NCBI GenBank assembly: GCA_035997125.1 | Contig: DASYIX010000115.1 | Span: 29-64,028, forward strand | Source: Gemmatimonadales bacterium | GTDB lineage: Bacteria; Gemmatimonadota; Gemmatimonadetes; Gemmatimonadales; GWC2-71-9 | DNA length: 64,000 nt | Reading direction: 5' to 3' | Shown: positions 8,050-17,105 of the stretch, piece by piece | Layout of the letters: every line of letters begins with the position of its first letter | How positions within the stretch are numbered: position 1 is the stretch's first letter | Made by a program: the position numbers and the translations under genes | Notes under the pieces: model-generated | Told to the model about the DNA's origin: nothing | The model's database searches: none | Seen by the model: the letters and a program-made list of their open reading frames with translations, nothing else

Positions 8050-8966
8050 CCCTACAGCACACGTTTCAGGTCGGCGGCCTCCGCTGCCACACCCTCGAGG
8101 GAGGCCGGCAGCGACTCGACGGCGGGGCCATGTTCGGGGTGGTGCCCAAGACCCTGTGGAAGACGCGGATCGAGCCGGATGACAGGAACCGGATCCCGTT
8201 GGCCATGCGCTGCGTCTTGATCGAGCATTCCGACGGATTGGTGCTGATCGATACCGCCTTAGGCAATAAGGAGGATGCCAAGTTCCTGGACATCTACGGA
8301 GTGGAGAACCAGGGTCTGGAGGGCGCCACCCAGCTGGAAGATGCGCTGGCCTCGACCGGGTACCTCCCCCGCGATGTGAAGTGGGTGATCAATACCCACC
8401 TCCACTTCGATCACGCCGGCGGCAACACGACCATGGACCCCGACCTGGAAAACGATCCCCGGCGGCACATCCGGCCGACGTTTCCCAACGCCACCTACGT
8501 CGTGCAGCGGGGCGATCTGGAGTTCGCCCGGCACACCAACGAGCGCACCCGGGCCAGCTATCTGCCGCACAATTTCGAGCCCGTCGCCGCCGCCGACCGC
8601 TGGCGGCTGCTGGATGGAGACCAAGAGGTACTCCCCGGCATTTCGGTGCGGGTGACCCCGGGGCATGTTCCCTTTCATCAAGTCGTGATTCTCCGGGATC
8701 GGGGCGAGACGGCGGTGTTCGTGGGCGATCTCTTTCCCACCACCGCGCATCTGCCACTTCCCTGGATCATGGGCTACGATCTGGAGCCACTTCGCACCCT
8801 GGAGAGCAAGCGGGCGCTGCTGGCGGAGGCGGCGGCTGGCGGGTGGCGCCTGATCTTCGAGCATGATCCGAGGGTGGTGATGGGAACGCCGGTCCAGGCG
8901 GGGAGAAGTGTGCTGCTCGAGGACGTGACTCCGACTCCCGAGCCGGCGGCGCACTTTTCTGGTTGA
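8046..8966 (+). CDS. MBL-fold metallo-hydrolase
   Basis: 'HLHFDHAGG' (the HxHxDH motif) and a downstream 'TPGH'. 306 aa. Confidence 0.85.
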   Translation: MTLQHTFQVGGLRCHTLEGGRQRLDGGAMFGVVPKTLWKTRIEPDDRNRIPLAMRCVLIEHSDGLVLIDTALGNKEDAKFLDIYGVENQGLEGATQLEDALASTGYLPRDVKWVINTHLHFDHAGGNTTMDPDLENDPRRHIRPTFPNATYVVQRGDLEFARHTNERTRASYLPHNFEPVAAADRWRLLDGDQEVLPGISVRVTPGHVPFHQVVILRDRGETAVFVGDLFPTTAHLPLPWIMGYDLEPLRTLESKRALLAEAAAGGWRLIFEHDPRVVMGTPVQAGRSVLLEDVTPTPEPAAHFSG

Positions 8967-9114
8967 CTCTCGTCGGGCCGGTGACTAGCTTCCCGGCCTT
9001 GTGAAAGCGGGGAATTCACCTCCCCCACCCTGAGCCTGTCGGCCCGATGCCGCAGCGCAGCCGGGTCCTGGCTTCGAAGCTGTCGGTGGCAATCTGCCGC
9101 CGTGCTTCGGTCGT

Positions 9115-9151
9115 GGGCACCCGGTCATTGCCGGGTGCCTTGTTTTCTTTT
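9115..9151 (+). terminator. intrinsic terminator-like hairpin directly upstream of infC (candidate leader attenuator)
   Basis: Perfect 9-bp stem GGCACCCGG/CCGGGTGCC (9116-9124/9131-9139) followed by TTGTTTTCTTTT. The T-tract ends only 8 nt before the infC Shine-Dalgarno GGAGG. Confidence 0.7.
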
Positions 9152-9170
9152 AGCGCGTTGGAGGCACGAA

Positions 9171-9692
9171 CTGTCCACGAACGATCGTGAAAAGCGAATC
9201 CGCGTCAACCGCATGATCCGGATCAGCCCCGTGCGGGTCATCACCGCCGCCGGCGAGCAACTCGGGGTCCTGCCGATCGAGGAGGCCCTGGCGGCCGCAG
9301 TGGAACGCGGATTGGATCTCGTGGAAGTAGCGCCGACCGCTCGGCCCCCCGTAGTCAAGATCATGGACTACGGGAAGTACAAATTCGAAGAGGCCAAGGC
9401 TGCGCGGGCAGCCAAGAAAAAGCAGCACGTCATTCAGCTCAAGGAAGTGAAGTATCGCCCGGGCATCGATGACCATGACTTCGATTTCAAGACCCGCCAC
9501 GCCCGCGAGTTTCTGGGCGACGGCAACAAGGTCAAGGTCACCATGATGTTCCGCGGCCGGCAAATGGCCCACCTCGAGCTGGGCAAGGCCGTGCTCGATC
9601 GGGTGGCGGCCAGCCTGGCGGACGTCGGCAAGATCGAGTCCGAGGCCAAGCTCGAAGGCCGCAATATGACGATGGTGATCGCGCCGAAATAG
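9171..9692 (+). CDS. infC: translation initiation factor IF-3
   Basis: 'RVNRMIRISPVRVI...GEQLGVL...GLDLVEVAP...PPVVKIMDYGKYKFEE'. I propose the CTG at 9171, 6 nt after GGAGG, as the start. The ORF-track GTG at 9102 lies upstream of and through the terminator hairpin. ATC 9198 and ATG 9213 are alternatives. Confidence 0.88.
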   Translation: MSTNDREKRIRVNRMIRISPVRVITAAGEQLGVLPIEEALAAAVERGLDLVEVAPTARPPVVKIMDYGKYKFEEAKAARAAKKKQHVIQLKEVKYRPGIDDHDFDFKTRHAREFLGDGNKVKVTMMFRGRQMAHLELGKAVLDRVAASLADVGKIESEAKLEGRNMTMVIAPK

Positions 9693-9761
9693 GCGGTAGA
9701 TGAAGCGGCGGTAAATAGTGCGGCGGTAGATAAAGCGGCGGAAGCTACCGCCCCTACCGCC
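9690..9761 (+). repeat. four tandem 15-nt units (GCGGCGGTAGATGAA-like) followed by two CTACCGCC complements
   Basis: Units start at about 9690, 9705, 9720 and 9735. GGCGGTAG (9692, 9722) can pair with CTACCGCC (9745-9752, 9754-9761). The repeat lies in the infC-rpmI spacer. Confidence 0.8.
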
Positions 9762-9822
9762 CGAGGCGAGCGCCGCGAGGCGAGGATACCGCCCCGAGTC
9801 GCGCAGCGACGAGGAAATACAG

Positions 9823-10017
9823 ATGCCAAAGCAGAAAACCAAACGCGCCGCCATGAAGCGCTTCAAGATCACCGGCAGCGGGAAGCTCAAGCGCTGGCAC
9901 GCGAACCACAGTCACATCCTGACCAAGAAGACGCGGAAGCGGAAGAACCGGCTCAAGAAGGGCGACCTCGTCAGCTCGGCCGATTTTCCACGCGTCCGCC
10001 GTCTCCTTCAGGCGTAA
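9823..10017 (+). CDS. rpmI: 50S ribosomal protein L35
   Basis: 'MPKQKTKRAAMKRFKITGSGKLKR'. 64 aa. Confidence 0.95.
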   Translation: MPKQKTKRAAMKRFKITGSGKLKRWHANHSHILTKKTRKRKNRLKKGDLVSSADFPRVRRLLQA

Positions 10018-10026
10018 GGACAGCCC

Positions 10027-10386
10027 ATGCCCCGTGTTAAGAACGGCGTCGCCCACCACGCCCGGAAGAAGAAGATCATGCAGGCCGCTAAGGGCGCTCG
10101 AGGCGGCCGCAGCAAGCTGTACAAGGCGGCCAAGGAGACTGCCGAGCGCGCCATGCGCTACGCCTACCGCGATCGGCGGAAGAAGAAGGGCGAGTTCCGT
10201 TCGCTCTGGATCACCCGGATCAATGCCGCGGCGCGCACCCAGGGCATGAGCTACAGCCGCTTCATGGCGGGGCTTCGCAAGGCGGGTGTGGACATCAACC
10301 GGAAGATCCTGGCCGACCTCGCGGTGCACGATCTGGACGCCTTCGCCCGCATCGCCGAGATGGCAAAGGACGCCGATAGCAAATAA
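10027..10386 (+). CDS. rplT: 50S ribosomal protein L20
   Basis: '[17 protein letters not shown]...[22 protein letters not shown]'. 119 aa. Confidence 0.95.
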   Translation: MPRVKNGVAHHARKKKIMQAAKGARGGRSKLYKAAKETAERAMRYAYRDRRKKKGEFRSLWITRINAAARTQGMSYSRFMAGLRKAGVDINRKILADLAVHDLDAFARIAEMAKDADSK

Positions 10387-10500
10387 TGGCGGCCCCCCGG
10401 CGCCGCACCGCGGTGCCGCCCAATTCTGTAGCCCGCATGGGGCCGTTCGCACTGGGCGGGCGGCCCCATCAACGTAGTAACTGACTGGTACTCGAGCCCC

Positions 10501-11571
10501 ATGCCTGATTCGACCGGCTACCCTGACTTGGACGCCATGCTCCCCCGGCTCACCGCCGTTGCCCGGCTGGGCTCCGACGCGCTTGCCGCTGAGATCATCG
10601 CCGTCCTGGGCCGGAAGAACGGCGCGATCACCCTCGCGCTCAAGTCGGTGCCCTCGCGCCCTCCGGAGGAGCGCAAGGCGTACGGTGCCGCGGTCAACCA
10701 GCTCAAAGCCCGCTTTGAAGAGGCGTTTGCGCTCCGGGGAGAGACCCTCGAAGCCGAGCGGCGGGCCAGCGAGCAGGCCGGCGTGGACCTCACCATGCCG
10801 GCGCGGCACCGGTGGATCGGCGCGGAACATCCGGTCACCCGAGTGGTCGACGAGATCGTCGAGATCTTCCGGGGGCTGGGCTTCTCGGTGGCGGTCGGCC
10901 CCGAAGTGGAAACCGACTGGTACAACTTCACCGCGCTCAACTTTCCGGCGGACCACCCCGCCATGGACATGCACGACACGCTCTACCTCGATGCGCCACC
11001 GATCGCGGGGGAACAAGGCGGTCGCCTGCTGCTCCGAACCCACACCTCACCGGTACAGATCCGGACTCTGCTGGAGTCGCCGCCTCCGGTGCGGGTCGTG
11101 ATTCCTGGAATGGTGTACCGCAACGATCCGTTCGATCCGTCGCACGCTCCCGCTTTCTCCCAGATCGAGGGATTGGCCGTTGACGAAGGAATCTCGTTCG
11201 TGGATCTAAAAGCCACGCTGGTCCACTTTGCCCACCGGTTCTTCACGCCCACCACCAAGGTCCGGTTCCGGCCCTCGTTCTTTCCGTTCACCGAGCCGTC
11301 GGCCGAGATGGATGTCGAGTGCCAGCTCTGCCATGGCACCGGTTGTCCCGCCTGCAAGGGGACGGGGTGGATGGAGATCCTCGGCTGTGGGATGGTACAC
11401 CCCGCCGTCTTCGAGCATACCGGCGTGGATGCCGAGCGGTACACCGGCTGGGCGTTCGGGATGGGCCCGCATCGGATCACGATGCTGCGGTACGGCATTC
11501 CCGACATCCGGCTGTTGTATGACGGCGATATGAGGTTTCTGGAGCAGTTTGTAGCGGGGCGGAACGCATGA
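10501..11571 (+). CDS. pheS: phenylalanine--tRNA ligase alpha subunit
   Basis: Class II motifs 'LLRTHTSPVQIR', 'YRND.FDPSHAPAFSQIEG' and 'GWAFGMGPHRITMLRYGI'. Confidence 0.95.
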   Translation: MPDSTGYPDLDAMLPRLTAVARLGSDALAAEIIAVLGRKNGAITLALKSVPSRPPEERKAYGAAVNQLKARFEEAFALRGETLEAERRASEQAGVDLTMPARHRWIGAEHPVTRVVDEIVEIFRGLGFSVAVGPEVETDWYNFTALNFPADHPAMDMHDTLYLDAPPIAGEQGGRLLLRTHTSPVQIRTLLESPPPVRVVIPGMVYRNDPFDPSHAPAFSQIEGLAVDEGISFVDLKATLVHFAHRFFTPTTKVRFRPSFFPFTEPSAEMDVECQLCHGTGCPACKGTGWMEILGCGMVHPAVFEHTGVDAERYTGWAFGMGPHRITMLRYGIPDIRLLYDGDMRFLEQFVAGRNA

Positions 11572-13961
11572 ACGTCTCCCGCCGTTGGCTGGAAGACTTT
11601 CTCCGTCGGCCACTGGAGCCGCGGGACCTCGCCGAGCGACTCACCATGCTCGGGGCTCCGGTCGACTCGGTTCAGCCGCTTCATGCCGACCTGAGCGACG
11701 TGCTGGTCGGCCTGGTCGAGGAGGTCCGTCCCCATCCCAACGCCGACCGGCTGCGGCTCTGCGTGGTCAACCAGGGAGCCTCGGAGCGGCGGAACGTGGT
11801 CTGTGGGGCCAGCAACGTCACCGCGGGACACAAGTATCCCTTCGCGCCGGTGGGCGCCACGCTACCGGGTGGTCTCCAGATCGAAGAGCGGAAGCTCAGG
11901 GGCGAGACCTCTCAGGGAATGCTCTGTTCCGCGCGGGAGCTGGGGCTGGGGCAGGATGGGGAAGGGATCTGGGAGCTCCAGACCGATGCTGCGCCGGGCA
12001 CCCGCCTGCTCGACGCCTTGCCGATTGCCGATCATCGCCTGGTCATCGACGTGGGGCCCAACCGTCCCGACCTGCTGGGGCACAAGGGCATTGCCAGAGA
12101 GCTCTCGGCTTCCTACGGAGCGCCGTTCCGGCTGCCGGCCATTCCCAGTCCCGTGCTGACCGATGTGCCGCCGGCGCGGCGGGTGGGCAATACCACCGAG
12201 GTCGGCGGCGTGCGCGCGGGCATCGAAGATCCGGAAGGTTGTCCCCGTCTTTTGGGTGCAGTCTTGCGGGGGGTCAAGGTCGGACCGTCGCCCGCCTGGT
12301 TGACCTATCGGCTCGAGGCAGTGGGCGTCCGCTCCATCAACAACGTGGTTGACGCCACCAACTACGTCATGCTCGAGCTGAACCAGCCGATGCACGCGTA
12401 CGACATCGCCAAGCTCCAGGGATCCAGCGTGATCGCTCGCCGGGCGCGTGCGGGTGAGCTGGTGATGACGCTGGATGGTATCGTGCGCAAGGTTACGCCG
12501 GAGATGACCGTTATCGCGGACGCCGAGGGCCCGATCGGCATCGCGGGCGTTATGGGGAGCGCCGGCAGCGAGGTCGGCGCCGACACGGTGGATGTCTTTC
12601 TCGAATGCGCCTACTTCAATCCCACACTGGTCCGCCGCACCCGGCGGGCGCTGGGGCTGTCCACCGAGGCCAGCTATCGCTTCGAGCGGGGAATCGACCG
12701 CTGGGGCGGAGCCGAGGCCCTGCGCCGCTGCATCGAGATCATCAGTGCGACCGCAGGAGGTGAGTTGGTGGCCGCGCCGGTAGATCTCGGCCCCGGCCCG
12801 GCAAACCCGCCCCGGATCTTTCTCCGTCCAGCCCGGGTCAATCACGTGCTTGGCATCGAGCTGCCCTGGCATGCGGTGGAGAGCTATCTCGTGGCAGTCG
12901 GCGCCACCCTGGTGCCGAAGCCCGACGACGGAAGGATCGCGGTCGAAGCTCCCAGCTGGCGTCCCGACCTGACCCGGGAGATCGACCTGGTGGAAGAAGT
13001 CGCTCGGCTCCACGGGTATCAGAACTTTCCGGCGGAGCTGCGTCCCTTTCGGTCCAGCGTGCTTCCCGATGCCGCCATCGAGCGCATTACCAGCGAGGTG
13101 CGCCAGGGTCTCACCCGGCAAGGACTGATCGAGGTACTGCCCCTGCCCATGGCTCCCGCCGACGGCAAGGAGAGCGTGCCGCTGGCAAACCCGCTCTCCA
13201 GCACCGAAGGGTATCTCCGGCGGCGGCTGCTGCCCGGGCTGGTGCGGCTGGTCGAAGGCAACTGGGCCAAGCATGTGGCTGACGTCCGCCTGTTCGAGAT
13301 CGGCACGATATTCATAGCTGGCCCATCGGGCGAGCGCCCGCGGGAAGAGCGGCACGTGGCCGCCGTTCTCACCGGCCGGAGAGAACCGCCGCACTGGACC
13401 GGTTCCGGCGAGGCACGCATCGATCTCTGGGATCTCAAGGGGCAATTCGAGGCCGCGGTCGGTCTGGCGGTTCCGGGAGGCGTGGTGCAGGTTGAAGGGT
13501 CGGGTTGGATCGCCCAGGATTCTCGAGGGCGAACTGTTGGCCAGGCCGGTCCGATCGAGGCCGATGCGCTCCCGTGGGCGGCACCCCTCTTCGGCTTCGA
13601 GCTGGTGGTCGACCCCGCTCCGCGTCTCCCAGCTCGATTCGCCCCCCTCCCCTCGACGCCTTCGTCCGAGCGGGTGCTAGCGCTGTTGCTGGTGGAAGGG
13701 ACCTCGGTCCGGCAAGTGGAGGAGCTGCTTCGGCGGGTGGGCGGTTCCTTGCTCGAGTCTGTGGTTATTGAAAGCGACTATCGCGCGCCCGAGCTTCCCG
13801 CCGGGACTCGGAGCGTAGCCTTCCGGCTTTCGTTCCGGGCGCCTGACCGCACGCTGCGTGACGCGGAAGTCGATGCCGTCGAAGCTCGCATGCTCGCCGC
13901 CCTCAGCGGAGAGCTCGGGATCCAGCGCCGCGATGGCGGCGGCCCAGCAGGTGGAGAGTAA
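11568..13961 (+). CDS. pheT: phenylalanine--tRNA ligase beta subunit
   Basis: 797 aa with an N-terminal tRNA-binding domain 'HPNADRLRLCVV' and B3/4 and B5 regions. ATGA overlap with pheS. Confidence 0.95.
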   Translation: MNVSRRWLEDFLRRPLEPRDLAERLTMLGAPVDSVQPLHADLSDVLVGLVEEVRPHPNADRLRLCVVNQGASERRNVVCGASNVTAGHKYPFAPVGATLPGGLQIEERKLRGETSQGMLCSARELGLGQDGEGIWELQTDAAPGTRLLDALPIADHRLVIDVGPNRPDLLGHKGIARELSASYGAPFRLPAIPSPVLTDVPPARRVGNTTEVGGVRAGIEDPEGCPRLLGAVLRGVKVGPSPAWLTYRLEAVGVRSINNVVDATNYVMLELNQPMHAYDIAKLQGSSVIARRARAGELVMTLDGIVRKVTPEMTVIADAEGPIGIAGVMGSAGSEVGADTVDVFLECAYFNPTLVRRTRRALGLSTEASYRFERGIDRWGGAEALRRCIEIISATAGGELVAAPVDLGPGPANPPRIFLRPARVNHVLGIELPWHAVESYLVAVGATLVPKPDDGRIAVEAPSWRPDLTREIDLVEEVARLHGYQNFPAELRPFRSSVLPDAAIERITSEVRQGLTRQGLIEVLPLPMAPADGKESVPLANPLSSTEGYLRRRLLPGLVRLVEGNWAKHVADVRLFEIGTIFIAGPSGERPREERHVAAVLTGRREPPHWTGSGEARIDLWDLKGQFEAAVGLAVPGGVVQVEGSGWIAQDSRGRTVGQAGPIEADALPWAAPLFGFELVVDPAPRLPARFAPLPSTPSSERVLALLLVEGTSVRQVEELLRRVGGSLLESVVIESDYRAPELPAGTRSVAFRLSFRAPDRTLRDAEVDAVEARMLAALSGELGIQRRDGGGPAGGE

Positions 13962-13963
13962 CC

Positions 13964-14275
13964 GTGTCCTACCAATACGATCGTCCCGATGAGAAAGCAC
14001 TTACCGAGCTGGAGCATGTGGTGCACAGCCTGGCGGAGGAGCTGGCCGGGTGGCGGCGGCGCACCTTGAAGGCCGAGGGTGAGTTGCAGGAGGCGCGGGC
14101 CAATGGCGGCATCGTCGCCGGCCCGGAGCTGACCCAGGCTCGGCAGCGGGTGGTCGAGCTCGAGACCGAAAATCAGACGCTGCGGCAGCGGATCGACGCG
14201 GCCAAGGATCGGCTGCGCGTCCTGTCCGGCCGGCTCTCGTTTCTCGAACAGCATGGCGGAGGGAACGCGGCGTGA
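13964..14275 (+). CDS. coiled-coil protein (possible division-associated, ZapB-like); hypothetical
   Basis: 103-aa heptad-rich ORF immediately upstream of zapA and overlapping it (GTGA). Confidence 0.55.
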   Translation: MSYQYDRPDEKALTELEHVVHSLAEELAGWRRRTLKAEGELQEARANGGIVAGPELTQARQRVVELETENQTLRQRIDAAKDRLRVLSGRLSFLEQHGGGNAA

Positions 14276-14580
14276 ATACCACCAAGAACGCAGTCCGGGT
14301 TTTCATCGGTGGCGAGGAATACACCGTCCGGTCCGAGGTACCGCCCGAGTACACCCGGGAAGTCGCCGCATACCTCGACGCCGCGCTCAAGCGGGTGCGG
14401 GATACTCTGCCCATGGTTGAGTCGCACAAGGCCGCGATTCTGGCCGGTCTCTCCATCACCGACGAGCTCTTTCAGGCGCGCCGGGGCGACCGCGACATCG
14501 CCGACCGGCTCTCCGCCATGGCGGACGATCTGGCCCGGCTGCTTCCGCCCGCCAAACGTGGTCGTCGCGTAGCGTCCTGA
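14272..14580 (+). CDS. zapA: cell division protein ZapA
   Basis: 'VRVFIGGEEYTVRSEVPPEYTREVAAYLDAALKRV'. 102 aa, in the conserved position after pheT. Confidence 0.8.
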   Translation: MNTTKNAVRVFIGGEEYTVRSEVPPEYTREVAAYLDAALKRVRDTLPMVESHKAAILAGLSITDELFQARRGDRDIADRLSAMADDLARLLPPAKRGRRVAS

Positions 14581-14593
14581 GGAGCGCCCGTAA

Positions 14594-16174
14594 ATGCTGC
14601 AATCCCTCGTCCTGCCGATGCTCTCCGGGGTGGCGGCCGGGCTGGCCGCCGCGCTGGTGTTCATCCTGCTCTACACTCGCAATCAACGGCGAAGTGCCAC
14701 CAGCGTCCTCGGGGTGGCCCGCGCGGAGGCGGAGCGGCTCCGTGCCGAGAGCCAGCGGGAGGCCGAGTCCGCCAAATCGGACCTGCTTCTGACGGCGAAG
14801 ATGGAGACGCTCAAGCTGCGGGAGGAGCTCGATCGCGAGATCCAGCGGCGGCGGGAGGAATGGGACCGGCTGGAGCGCAGAGTGGATGAGCGGGGCCGCG
14901 TCCAGGAACGAAAGCTGGAAGAGATTGAAGCCCGCGAGCGGGGCGCCGTCCACCGGGAGGAGGCCCTGACTCAGCGGGAGGGGACACTGCGCAGCCGCGA
15001 GGGAGAGGCCGACCGTCTGGCCCAGGAACAGCGGCTCAAACTGGAGCGGATCGCGGGATTGACGGCGGAGGATGCCCGGCGCGAGATCCTCCAGCGGGTG
15101 GAGGACGAGGCTCGGGGACAAGCCGCCGCGCTGATCCGCGACATCAAAGAGCAGGCCCGCCGCACCGCCGACCGCGACGCCCGCCGCATCATCTCGATGG
15201 CGATTCAGCGCCTGGGCGCGGAGCATACCGCGGAAAGTACGGTGGCGGCGGTGGCTTTGCCGAACGACGAGATGAAGGGCCGCATCATCGGACGTGAGGG
15301 GCGAAACATTCGGGCCTTCGAGACCGCCACTGGGGTGGACGTCATCATCGATGACACCCCCGACACCGTCATCATCTCCTGCTTCGACCCCATCCGGCGC
15401 GAGGTGGCCCGCCGCTCGCTCGAGGCCTTGATCACCGACGGCCGGATCCACCCGGGCCGGATCGAGGAGATCGTGCAGAGGATCCAGCAGGAGCTGGAAT
15501 CTCAGCTGGTGGAGCTGGGCGAGCAGGCCGCGTACGACACCGGGGTGCACGGGCTCCACGCAGAGGTCATCAAGCTCATCGGGCGGATGCGCTACCGCAC
15601 TTCCTACGGCCAGAACATTCTGGACCACTCGAAGGAAGTGGCCTGGCTGGCCGGCATGATGGCGGCCGAGCTCCATCTGGATGTGGCTCTGGCCAAGCGC
15701 GGCGGCCTGCTGCACGACGTCGGCAAGGTGCTCACCCACAACAGTGAAGGCACCCATGTAGAGCTCGGCGTCGAGGTGGCCCGGAAGTACGGGGAGAGCG
15801 CCCCGGTGATCAACTGCATTCAGGCCCACCACGATGACGTCCCCCATGAGTCGGCCGAATCGGTACTGGTGCAGGCGGCCGACGCGATCAGCGGGTCGCG
15901 TCCGGGCGCCCGCCGCGAGGCGTTCGAGAGCTACGTCAAGCGGCTCACCCGGCTGGAGGAGATCGCCAATGGCTTTGCCGGGGTGGAGAAGAGCAACGTG
16001 ATTCAGGCCGGACGGGAGATCCGGGTGGTGGTCACCCCCGATCGGATCGATGACGGCGCCGCCGCGGTGCTCTCCGACTCCATCGCCCGGCGAATCGAGA
16101 GCGAGCTGCAGTACCCTGGCCAGATCAAGGTGGTGGTGATCCGGGAGACCCGCGCAGTGGATTTTGCCCGATGA
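14594..16174 (+). CDS. rny: ribonuclease Y
   Basis: N-terminal TM helix, a long charged coiled coil, KH motif '[15 protein letters not shown]', and an HD domain 'LLHDVGK'. Confidence 0.95.
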   Translation: MLQSLVLPMLSGVAAGLAAALVFILLYTRNQRRSATSVLGVARAEAERLRAESQREAESAKSDLLLTAKMETLKLREELDREIQRRREEWDRLERRVDERGRVQERKLEEIEARERGAVHREEALTQREGTLRSREGEADRLAQEQRLKLERIAGLTAEDARREILQRVEDEARGQAAALIRDIKEQARRTADRDARRIISMAIQRLGAEHTAESTVAAVALPNDEMKGRIIGREGRNIRAFETATGVDVIIDDTPDTVIISCFDPIRREVARRSLEALITDGRIHPGRIEEIVQRIQQELESQLVELGEQAAYDTGVHGLHAEVIKLIGRMRYRTSYGQNILDHSKEVAWLAGMMAAELHLDVALAKRGGLLHDVGKVLTHNSEGTHVELGVEVARKYGESAPVINCIQAHHDDVPHESAESVLVQAADAISGSRPGARREAFESYVKRLTRLEEIANGFAGVEKSNVIQAGREIRVVVTPDRIDDGAAAVLSDSIARRIESELQYPGQIKVVVIRETRAVDFAR

Positions 16175-17058
16175 GCGCCCGGATTCTCGATGGTACGGTC
16201 ATCGGCAAGGCTATTCGGGATGAGGTCGCCGCCGAGGTCGCCCGGATGAATGGCAGCGGGCGGCGGCCCGGGCTGGCCGCCGTGCTGGTGGGAGAGGACC
16301 CAGCCAGCGCGGTCTATGTCCGCTCCAAGGGGAAGGCTTGCGAAGAGGCGGGAATGCATTCGGTCACCGTCCGCCTGCCGCCGGACACGCCTGAAGCCGA
16401 GCTGCTCGCCACAGTGGACCGGCTCAACGCCGATCCCGAAATCCACGGCATCCTGGTGCAGCTTCCTCTACCCAAGCACATCAACAGTGAGAAGGTGCTG
16501 CGGCGGATCGACCCCGCAAAAGACGTGGACGGCTTTCACCCGCTGAACGTCGGCAAGCTGGTCACCGGAGATAAGACGGCATTTCGGCCGGCGACGCCCT
16601 ACGGTGTCCAGCAGATGCTGATCCGTTCGGGGATCGAGACCAAGGGTGCCCACGCCGTGATCGTGGGGCGCTCCAACATCGTGGGCCGGCCCATGGCCAA
16701 TCTGCTGATCCAGCAGGGGCCGGGTGGCGACGCGACGGTCACGGTCTGCCATTCCCGAACCCGGGATCTGCCGGCGGTCACCCGCAGCGCGGATATCCTC
16801 ATCGCGGCCATCGGGAAGGCCGAGTTCGTGACCGCGGACATGGTGCGCCCCGGCGCCGTGGTGATCGATGTCGGGATCAACCGGGTGGACGACGCGTCCC
16901 GGCCGAAAGGCTACCGCCTGGTGGGCGACGTGGCCTACGAGCCCGTGGCTCAGATTGCATCCGCCATCACCCCGGTCCCCGGTGGCGTCGGCCCGATGAC
17001 GATTGCGATGCTGCTTCAGAATACCTTACAGGCAATGCAGCAGGCCCAGCTTGACTGA
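16171..17058 (+). CDS. folD: bifunctional methylenetetrahydrofolate dehydrogenase/cyclohydrolase
   Basis: '[21 protein letters not shown]', 'ILVQLPLP', '[17 protein letters not shown]', '[15 protein letters not shown]'. Confidence 0.95.
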   Translation: MSARILDGTVIGKAIRDEVAAEVARMNGSGRRPGLAAVLVGEDPASAVYVRSKGKACEEAGMHSVTVRLPPDTPEAELLATVDRLNADPEIHGILVQLPLPKHINSEKVLRRIDPAKDVDGFHPLNVGKLVTGDKTAFRPATPYGVQQMLIRSGIETKGAHAVIVGRSNIVGRPMANLLIQQGPGGDATVTVCHSRTRDLPAVTRSADILIAAIGKAEFVTADMVRPGAVVIDVGINRVDDASRPKGYRLVGDVAYEPVAQIASAITPVPGGVGPMTIAMLLQNTLQAMQQAQLD

Positions 17059-17105
17059 TTGCAATCACGGCAACACGGAAAGCTTTTGCCGAAACTTCGC
17101 TTGCT

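Noticed and set aside
8998-9020. TTGTGAA-AGCGGGGAA-TTCAC, a possible second Rex or CRP/FNR-type site upstream of infC.
   Set aside because: The half-site spacing is 9-11 nt. It does not fit Rex (N4), CRP (N6) or FNR patterns. I treat it as chance similarity.
9150-9890. Minus-strand ORF with a repeated 'YRRFIYRRTIYRRFIYR' peptide.
   Set aside because: The peptide repeat is just the translation of the 15-nt DNA tandem repeat in the infC-rpmI spacer. The rest of the ORF is antisense to infC and rpmI.
10387-10500. ATGGGGCCG...CGGCCCCAT hairpin after rplT as a terminator or pheS leader (T-box).
   Set aside because: It has no U-tract, and I could find no T-box specifier or conserved T-box sequence. 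It may be a weak processing or termination signal, but the support is insufficient to call.
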